From a virus (lineage: Duplodnaviria; Caudoviricetes): a stretch of DNA of 64,000 nucleotides. Positions 54,500 to 60,737 of this stretch are shown piece by piece. The notes beneath the pieces are model-generated. The model searched no databases. It saw nothing but the letters and a program-made list of their open reading frames with translations, and was not told the origin of the DNA. The stretch spans positions 1 to 64,000 of IMG/VR virus record IMGVR_UViG_3300037424_000564, one strand, 5' to 3'. The position numbers were made by a program, and so were the translations under genes. How positions within the stretch are numbered: the first letter of the stretch is position 1; every line of letters begins with the position of its first letter.

Positions 54500-54582
54500 T
54501 GGTAGCTCTGGGGAGACTCGAACTCCCAATCCTTTCGGCAACTGCTTCTAAGACAGTCATGTATACATTCCAACACAGAGCC
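54500..54582 (-). tRNA. tRNA-Leu(UAG)
   Basis: Type II; CCA. Confidence 0.92.
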
Positions 54583-54589
54583 ATGTTAA

Positions 54590-54736
54590 TTAAAAATTTT
54601 TAATCTGTTTAAAATATCCACGATATAGACGTTTCATGCTTGCAGGATGAACAGTTTTACTACATCTATCACATGCTTTAGTTTTACTAGTAATTCTTCC
54701 ACATACAACACAAAAACATTTAGAATGTGATTTCAT
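54590..54736 (-). CDS. 48-aa Zn-finger peptide (not in the ORF track)
   Basis: MKSHSKCFCVVCGRITSKTKACDRCSK...; GGAGG RBS. Confidence 0.65.
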   Translation of the reverse strand: MKSHSKCFCVVCGRITSKTKACDRCSKTVHPASMKRLYRGYFKQIKNF

Positions 54737-54748
54737 TAAACCTCCTAG

Positions 54749-54821
54749 TGTGACGTGTCGGTATTGATCCGACTAACAACTGATTCACAGTCAGTCTGCT
54801 CACTTTTTGCACTACGTCACC
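54749..54821 (-). tRNA. tRNA-His(GUG)
   Basis: ACTGA-CTGTGAA-TCAGT; encoded G-1; A73. Confidence 0.88.
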
Positions 54822-55063
54822 ACAACTGTAGTAAATAGTCTCAGGTCGCTACATCGTCTCATACATATTAGTTAATTTAAATTTCATGCCTGAAAGATAA
54901 TTAGAAAAAAATAAGTGCGTACTTTAATGCCCCTCAATGAACTATAATTAGTATCTCATTCTCCGTGATCAGTTAGAGCGATACCTGTTAATTCAGGTCA
55001 ACTGGTGCGCTGTCTTGTATATATGATAAATCATATCACATCTTTAGCGTTTGAGATTATAAG

Positions 55064-55196
55064 AGCCGATAGTCGGAGTCGAACCAACGCTTGTCTTATC
55101 AATGATTTCTTAGATTTAACTAGTCATCTAAAAGCTATCTAAAGACATTATAACAGGATTTTGCAGTCCCTGCTCTAGCCACTGAGCTATACCGGC
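55064..55196 (-). tRNA. tRNA-Cys(GCA) with roughly 65-nt variable-region insertion
   Basis: GCCGGTA/TATCGGC, GCTC/GAGC D-stem, CTGCAAA loop with an extra A, U73. Confidence 0.8.
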
Positions 55197-55204
55197 AATA
55201 TTTT

Positions 55205-55323
55205 TAGCTTTTGATTGTAATCGAACCAATCTATACAAAACCTCAAGGTGACTAGTCTTGATTCAAGCCTTTAGTTGTCAACTACCTGCATTTAGTTTTG
55301 TATAAAATCCATCTTTAAAAGCT
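55205..55323 (-). ncRNA. 119-nt tRNA-like RNA with long stem and branched apical domain
   Basis: AGCTTTT/AAAAGCT, TATACAAAAC/GTTTTGTATA, T-arm GATTG-GTTCGATTA-CAATC. Confidence 0.65.
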
Positions 55324-55325
55324 TG

Positions 55326-55401
55326 AGCAGAATGGGAGAATCGAACTCCTAATTGTCAGCTTGGAAGGCTGATGTTGCTACCTTACAACTTATCATTCTG
55401 C
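55326..55401 (-). tRNA. tRNA-Gly(UCC)
   Basis: TCAGC-CTTCCAA-GCTGA; U73. Confidence 0.9.
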
Positions 55402-55581
55402 ATTGCGGTAGATATGTCAGGTCTACCTTCCTTATTCCAGAGTCGCGTCATGGAAAACCAGAGGACTATTTAAGTTTTCGTATCCTTTAAGACCAGTTGC
55501 CAATTCTGGTCAGGATACTTATTTACCTTAGACGAAAGGTGGTTAATAGTCAAACCTTTAACATAAAATCATTTATTATAA

Positions 55582-55668
55582 TGGTGGGTGTGGAGGGATT
55601 CGAACCCACGCTGGCGTAAACGCCTCCTGATTAAAAGTCAGGTATATTACCACTATATTTACACACCC
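55582..55668 (-). tRNA. tRNA-Lys(UUU) with 16-nt variable arm
   Basis: CCTGA-CTTTTAA-TCAGG; variable-arm GGCG-TTTA-CGCC; CCA. Confidence 0.88.
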
Positions 55669-55677
55669 CAAAAAGGG

Positions 55678-55750
55678 TGGATGCGGTGAGGTTCGAACTC
55701 ACGGCGTATCGGTTAAAAGCCGATTACTCTACCAACTGAGTTACGCATCC
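55678..55750 (-). tRNA. tRNA-Lys(UUU), canonical
   Basis: ATCGG-CTTTTAA-CCGAT. Confidence 0.95.
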
Positions 55751-55760
55751 ATAATATTAA

Positions 55761-55835
55761 GTCATTTTCGTGACTACATACTATGAATGCATGTAGTCAC
55801 GAAAATGACTACATACTATGAATGCATGTAGTCAC
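55761..55835. repeat. 19-bp-stem inverted repeat with a 35-nt-period tandem duplication
   Basis: TGACTACATACTATGAATGCATGTAGTCAC at 55771..55800 and 55806..55835. Confidence 0.85.
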
Positions 55836-56038
55836 TATTGTTTATATTTTTTCATAATTTCATCATATTCCTTTTCTTCTTTGCTTTTAATTGAAAGGTT
55901 AGCTGCATTATCTAAGGTACAAGCAACAATAACAACCAACGTTGCCTCCCATGAAATAAAAAACCCAATGATAAGACAAATAATACCAATAAACCATAGA
56001 ATGCTACTTTTAATCATTTCAGTATCCTTTTTATTGTT

Positions 56039-56112
56039 TGGTAGCTCCTGCCGGTTACGATCCGACTGCTTCATCTTATCAGGATGATGTGTTACCATTA
56101 TACCAAGGAGCT
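56039..56112 (-). tRNA. tRNA-Ile(GAU)
   Basis: TCATC-CTGATAA-GATGA; CCA. Confidence 0.9.
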
Positions 56113-56145
56113 ATGTTTTATATAAGACACTTTAACATCTTTATT

Positions 56146-56499
56146 CTAGTCTGTCAATTTATAAATCATGACATAAACTTTTAAACCTTTTTTAGTTGCA
56201 TAATCAATCATACCTTTTGTCCCGGCAGACTTTCCGTCCCAAATAGCAATGAGCGCATCTGCATAGTCTACCATTTCTCTATTTCGGATATGACCAGCGG
56301 CTTTACCTTTACCATCCCAATCAGGAATAAAAAACTTTATAGAAATATGATTCTTTTCTGCAAACTCTTTACCTAGTCTATCTACCCCTCTAGCACCACC
56401 ACAAACAACTTCAGTTATAACAAATCTAGCTTCTTTAACAGCTTTGAGTATTAGATTATAGTCCGTTATATCTCTACTACCTGCGATGATTACTTTCAT
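56146..56499 (-). CDS. SLOG-superfamily protein (DUF2493/YspA-like)
   Basis: VIIAGSRD, CGGARGVD, AGHIRNREM, WDGKSAGT. Confidence 0.88.
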   Translation of the reverse strand: MKVIIAGSRDITDYNLILKAVKEARFVITEVVCGGARGVDRLGKEFAEKNHISIKFFIPDWDGKGKAAGHIRNREMVDYADALIAIWDGKSAGTKGMIDYATKKGLKVYVMIYKLTD

Positions 56500-57044
56500 T
56501 CTTTTCCTTTGAGATTACCTCTTCAAAAAACCCATGACAAGTTTGATTATTTCTCAAATGAGGAACAGGAAATCTCATTTTATCATTATTTTTCGTATTG
56601 AAGTTTCTTCTTAATTTAATTACAGTTCCGCATATTTTACAAATATATATCATCTTAGCATCATCTTATATACCTTTGATATATAATCTTCCATTCCTAA
56701 ATCTTTTAAAACAATACCTTCATTGATATATCGTTCAACTAATTCTGCTTCTATAGGATACCATTTACCTTGTTTGATATACCATCGTGTTCTACCTGAT
56801 GGATAAGTTCTACATTCTACCTTTTCAAGATACGAATTAATCGTGACATATTTTTCTATTTGAGTCATGGTGTCCTTTCGGGATCGAACCGTTGCAATTA
56901 TATTATTATAGCTATACACCCCGTATTAGCATTAAATATAATCTCTTGTCCATCATCTACTCTACCATTACTTAACATGTATTTCATGATATTTCAACTT
57001 TGCCCAAGTATCACATAGGAGTTGAACCTATGAGGGACATAATA

Positions 57045-57121
57045 TGGTGGGGCTTATCAGACGCTACCCTGATCCTTGTCCCTGATGTACGGTCAGGTTG
57101 TGCTACTTACACCATCACCCC
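57045..57121 (-). pseudogene. Degenerate tRNA-like sequence (GUA in loop) with CCA end
   Basis: CCTGA-CCGTACA-TCAGG; poorly paired acceptor; non-canonical T-loop. Confidence 0.5.
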
Positions 57122-57136
57122 ATATTTGTTATATTG

Positions 57137-57212
57137 AGATTGCAAAGGGAGTCGAACCCTTTATTCGAAGTTTTGCAGACTAAGCCCATTACCACAATGA
57201 GGAAATGCAATC
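57137..57212 (-). tRNA. tRNA-Cys(GCA)
   Basis: CTGCAAA loop, U73; weak anticodon stem. Confidence 0.8.
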
Positions 57213-57235
57213 ATTTTTTTGTTCTAGATATTTTG

Positions 57236-57763
57236 TTATCTCTGAGAGGACCAGTCAGATGAACCACTGTCGATACAGACTAATGTATTGCAATAGTGTT
57301 CTTCTACATGACATCTACAACATAATGGAACACAATTTTGAATCTCTTTTAATATTCTATCCCAAGACCATCCTCTTAGGTTTTTAAATTTACTGTCTTT
57401 CTTTGTTGGGTCTACATGATGTAAATCAATAGCTCCATAATACTTATCATACCCACATTTAATACATTTTCCACCTAAATATTCAATAGCTTTTTTACGT
57501 TTTTCATTACCAACTTTTATTGTATATTTGTTGTGACATTTCGAACAAAATGATCGTTTTTTCCCATAAAATTTATCTGGATTTGTTTCACCACAAATGC
57601 ATTTATGTGTTATATTTCTAGGTGAAATTTCTATCTGTTTAGTATTATGTTCCCCATAAGGAGAGCATTCCAAACAATATTTTCTTGTATTAATTATTTT
57701 AATCTTCCCATCAATATTAACTCTATTTGGGAATTCTTTATTACATTTAGTACAGATTGGCAT
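57236..57763 (-). mobile_element. HNH homing endonuclease within the tRNA array
   Basis: CIKCGY..DLHHVDP..CVPLCCRCH; TATAAATA at 57793..57800. Confidence 0.85.
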
Positions 57764-57843
57764 AACAGCATCCTTTGTAAGATAGATACTATTATTTATA
57801 AAAAATTTATCTTACATTCTCATAATATTATCCTTAGTTGAAT

Positions 57844-57918
57844 TGGCGGGGGATGAAAGAATCGAACTTTCGTCTTCTGGGTCAAAGCCAGATATGTTAC
57901 CACTACAATACAATCCCC
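57844..57918 (-). tRNA. tRNA-Gln(UUG)
   Basis: TCTGG-CTTTGAC-CCAGA; CCA. Confidence 0.92.
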
Positions 57919-57920
57919 TA

Positions 57921-57995
57921 TGGTCGGTGAGGCAGGGATCGAACCTGCATGATCTACGCCCCAAACGTAGTGGTCAGCCATTGACCCACTCACCG
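57921..57995 (-). tRNA. tRNA-Pro(UGG)
   Basis: C1-G72; CTACG-TTTGGGG-CGTAG; CCA. Confidence 0.92.
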
Positions 57996-58021
57996 AATTA
58001 CTAATTAACTTTACCATATTG

Positions 58022-58094
58022 TCGCGGAAGCAGGATTCGAACCTGCGACCTCTTGGTTATGAGCCAAGCAAGATAGCCTCTTCTCTATTCCGCA
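58022..58094 (-). tRNA. tRNA-Met(CAU), elongator-like
   Basis: CTTGG-CTCATAA-CCAAG; lacks the initiator GGG/CCC pairs. Confidence 0.88.
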
Positions 58095-58255
58095 ATAATT
58101 TTAAATAATTCTTTATTGAGTCTATCTTTTTGAACCCTTCGTACACTTCTTGAAATTAATTTTCTTTCTTTCCCATGATAGACATTACAACAGTAACATT
58201 TAAGTCCACCAATTCCACAACGAGAATTCATTTCTTGCCTAAAAATATCAGACAT
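58085..58255 (-). CDS. 56-aa Cys-containing basic protein (not in the ORF track)
   Basis: MSDIFRQEMNSRCGIGGLKCYCC...; AGGAG RBS. Confidence 0.6.
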   Translation of the reverse strand: MSDIFRQEMNSRCGIGGLKCYCCNVYHGKERKLISRSVRRVQKDRLNKELFKIIAE

Positions 58256-58269
58256 TATAATCTCCTATT

Positions 58270-58347
58270 TGGCACTCCTGATCGGGATCGAACCGACAAT
58301 TTTTGCCTTGAAAGGGCAACGACTTTAACCAATTTGTCTACAGGAGC
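58270..58347 (-). tRNA. tRNA-Glu(UUC), copy 1
   Basis: TTGCC-CTTTCAA-GGCAA; CCA. Confidence 0.93.
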
Positions 58348-58388
58348 ATGTTTAGGGATAGAATAATTGAGGGATTGAACCTCATATT

Positions 58389-58466
58389 TGGCACTCCTGA
58401 TCGGGATCGAACCGACAATTTTTGCCTTGAAAGGGCAACGACTTTAACCAATTTGTCTACAGGAGC
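58389..58466 (-). tRNA. tRNA-Glu(UUC), copy 2 (exact 119-bp tandem duplication)
   Basis: Identical to copy 1 at offset 119. Confidence 0.93.
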
Positions 58467-58476
58467 ATGTTTAGGG

Positions 58477-58622
58477 ATAGAATAATTGAGGGATTGAACC
58501 TCATATTTCGAACCATCAATATAAAGACCCATTTTCTTTATACACAAAGGGAATCGAACCCTTACTTGATACGACCAGTATTTAATAGGAATTGAACCTA
58601 ACTACTCACCAAGTTATTCTAT
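58477..58622 (-). ncRNA. Candidate multi-T-loop RNA
   Basis: ATAGAATAA/TTATTCTAT closing stem with three T-arm-like hairpins. Confidence 0.6.
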
Positions 58623-58623
58623 G

Positions 58624-58696
58624 CGCCCTAGACGGGGATCGAACCCGCTACTTTCTGCTCGACAGGCAGACTCCACTACCAAATGGACTCTAAGGC
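58624..58696 (-). tRNA. tRNA-Asp(GUC)
   Basis: TCTGC-CTGTCGA-GCAGA; G73. Confidence 0.92.
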
Positions 58697-58709
58697 ATTA
58701 TTAAATTAT

Positions 58710-58799
58710 TGGCTCCAGTGACAGGCTTCGAACCTGTAAGTTCCTTGCGAGAACGCTTGATTAACAGTCAAGTGGGTTTGCCAATTCTCCTACACTGGA
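58710..58799 (-). tRNA. tRNA-Asn(GUU) with 18-nt variable arm
   Basis: CTTGA-CTGTTAA-TCAAG; variable-arm GTTC/GAAC; G73; CCA. Confidence 0.88.
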
Positions 58800-58812
58800 A
58801 TGATATTAATTT

Positions 58813-58887
58813 TGGCTCCGAGAGCAGGGATCGAACCTGCGACAGGGTGGGTAACAGCCACCTACTCTACCACTGAGTTACCTCGGA
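58813..58887 (-). tRNA. tRNA-Asn(GUU), canonical
   Basis: GGTGG-CTGTTAC-CCACC; CCA. Confidence 0.93.
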
Positions 58888-59037
58888 ATGTTATGCTACC
58901 GATTTACATTAGGCTGATAAAGTGAAATAATCATTTCCTAACTATCTTGTAGCGATGGAAATTCTATCACAATGAATAAGCAGTCTCACATGGAGTTAAA
59001 GTATTCAATTGTGACTTAAGATTGTAGCCGTATTCTT

Positions 59038-59106
59038 TGGTGGAGCGACTAGGACTTGAACCTAGAATTGATGGGTTACAGCCATGCGTGATACCAATTT
59101 CACTCC
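59038..59106 (-). tRNA. Short tRNA-Tyr(GUA) lacking the 5' D-stem strand and variable arm (possible pseudogene)
   Basis: GGAGTGA/TCGCTCC, ATGG-CTGTAAC-CCAT, CCA; 69 nt. Confidence 0.6.
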
Positions 59107-59112
59107 AAAATT

Positions 59113-59194
59113 TGGTGGGTATGGTAGGACTCGAACCTACATGCTTTCGCTACGGTGTTACAGACCGCTGGACCACCAATTGTCCAACATACCC
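59113..59194 (-). tRNA. tRNA-Tyr(GUA), canonical type II
   Basis: GCGGT-CTGTAAC-ACCGT; CCA. Confidence 0.93.
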
Positions 59195-59651
59195 AAAGTA
59201 TGGAGACTAGTTATCGGACTAATCTTTATCCACATTTACTGATCCGATTCAGACTTAAGTTTATATTATTGTTAGACTACACACAGATCATTGTCCAGAG
59301 TTAATAGGCTCCTTCCTCCCTGATATCATCTTCAAATATAATTCAAAAGATTTAAGTTTTCGGGCATACCCAAGGTACTTATTACCTTAAAACTGAAGTA
59401 TAGCAAATAGGTAAATCTAAAATCTAACAACAATGGCTTTGACAGGGAGTTAGTTCCCTCCGGTAGGTATCATGTTGCAAATCATCGAATAGCCACTATT
59501 CATCGAATGATATTGAGAGTTTATTATTGGGATTGGGAAACTCTCTCTTTTACGCAACTGCTTAATAAGCATGGACCCAATTTTGATGTAAGATATTTTA
59601 ATATCTCTTGGAGGGCTTTTCATCCTCGTCGTTATCTTACATCTTGTAATA

Positions 59652-60397
59652 AGATTACTACTTAATCATTTGGTTGTCAATTTAAATCTTCAAGTTTTCA
59701 GGCATACCCAAGGGACTTGATACCTTGTATCTGAGAATTGAGAATTTTGATTTCAGGTGGTTATTCCAAGGACGTCTCCATTCTAATTAGCATTAGAACT
59801 TCACAGACTCACCACTATCCTATACATCCATCAAAACTTATCACTTTTGAAATTATAAACCGTGTCGTAATCTTTTCAGACCCAACAACCATACCTCAAT
59901 AAATAATGGCTGGCTTATAATTCTAGTCAAGCTACTCAATTTTTTCAAATAACTCGTTCAACATTGAAATAATCTTACTACTTAACCATTTGATTGTCAA
60001 TTTAATTCCAAAATAAATTAATTAAGTTAGAGTTCACATCACACACCTTCCTTTCACAAAAGTAGGAGTTATTGATTTTTGATTTTCTCTATCGTAACAT
60101 GATGATTTTACTTTGTCAATTTATTTGTATAAACAGATAGTCATTGATTGCATTTAAACTAAACTCTGCAAAGTTAGATCGCACCTACCTATCGTCAAGC
60201 CTTATTGTCGCCCCCTCTGGTTATCGTCAGGCTCTATTGTCGTATACATCTATCCACTTCTATTGAGTGGGTTTTATTTCTGATTGCAGTCAGAAGGCAC
60301 TTCAATCAATGACTTTCTGTTTATACAAATAAATTGTCTTGTCAAATAACTCGTTCAACATTGAAATAATCTTACTACTTAACCATTTGATTGTCAA
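59652..60397 (-). promoter_or_regulatory. Four tandem sigma70-like promoters (59652..59680, 59972..60000, 60091..60119, 60369..60397)
   Basis: Each is TTGACA-N17-TA(A/C)(T/G)(C/A)T; no ORF of 60 aa or more follows any of them in the ORF track. Confidence 0.8.
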
Positions 60398-60402
60398 TTT
60401 AA
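59945..60402. repeat. 61-bp exact direct repeat (59945..60005 = 60342..60402) containing a promoter and transcript start
   Basis: Base-by-base match at offset 397. Confidence 0.92.
60117..60336. repeat. 34-bp inverted repeat (1 mismatch) enclosing 152 nt with two 21-nt direct repeats
   Basis: 60117..60150 versus 60303..60336; inner repeats at 60190..60210 and 60222..60242. Confidence 0.92.
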
Positions 60403-60413
60403 ATTTTGATATG

Positions 60414-60490
60414 CGCCCCGAGTAGGACTTGAACCTACATGTATCCAATTAACCTTTCAATCGGTTCGTAGCCGAAGGGTATACCGAGAC
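60414..60490 (-). tRNA. Rearranged (D-arm-less, D-loop-displaced) tRNA-Arg(ACG)-like RNA
   Basis: GTCTCGG/TCGGGGC; TCGG-CTACGAA-CCGA; T-arm GTAGG-TTCAAGT-CCTAC; G73; 77 nt. Confidence 0.78.
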
Positions 60491-60504
60491 AATAAACTAG
60501 TTTG

Positions 60505-60590
60505 CAGCGAGTGAAGGCATCGAACCATTGACGCTATTAACGTCACCACTGTTTTCAAGACAGCTTGGGGAGCCAACCCCGGCACTCGCC
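60505..60590 (-). tRNA. tRNA-Ser(UGA)
   Basis: CTGT-CTTGAAA-ACAG; long variable arm; G73; weak T-stem. Confidence 0.85.
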
Positions 60591-60737
60591 ATTGATTAAA
60601 CTTTACTACATCTTTATTCAGTTGTCAAATTAAATATAGTAATTTCAACCCTAGAAGGACTTTCGTTAAACACTGCTAAAGCATTTTAAGTGTTAGTTGA
60701 AATCTTTACTGTCCATTAACTATATTATTGCTGTTTG

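Noticed and set aside
55761-55835. Mobile element or functional RNA at the palindromic tandem repeat
   Set aside because: The pattern (a hairpin plus re-copied arm) is typical of template switching or an assembly artefact, with no other support.
376-58366. Numerous plus-strand ORFs antisense to real genes (for example 12051..12467, 12499..13011, 37498..37968, 50418..50801)
   Set aside because: Shadow ORFs of AT-rich minus-strand genes, with no RBS or protein motifs.
53282-58547. ORFs 53282..53476, 57820..58017 and 58338..58547 from the ORF track
   Set aside because: They overlap tRNA or ncRNA genes on the same strand and have no RBS or recognisable motif; likely spurious.
59195-59650. tmRNA or RNase P RNA
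   Set aside because: No tmRNA-type acceptor and T-arm ends and no RNase P GAGGAAAGUCC signature. Kept only as an unidentified ncRNA candidate.
55404-59735. Hammerhead or HDV/theta ribozymes in the tRNA spacers
   Set aside because: GAAA junctions are present, but I saw no CUGANGA core and no HDV-like P3/L3 sequence at tRNA 3' ends. A computational search is still needed.
58267-60242. CRISPR array (Glu duplication; 21-nt repeats at 60190 and 60222)
   Set aside because: Only two units in each case, with an 11-nt or identical spacer, and no cas genes in the window.
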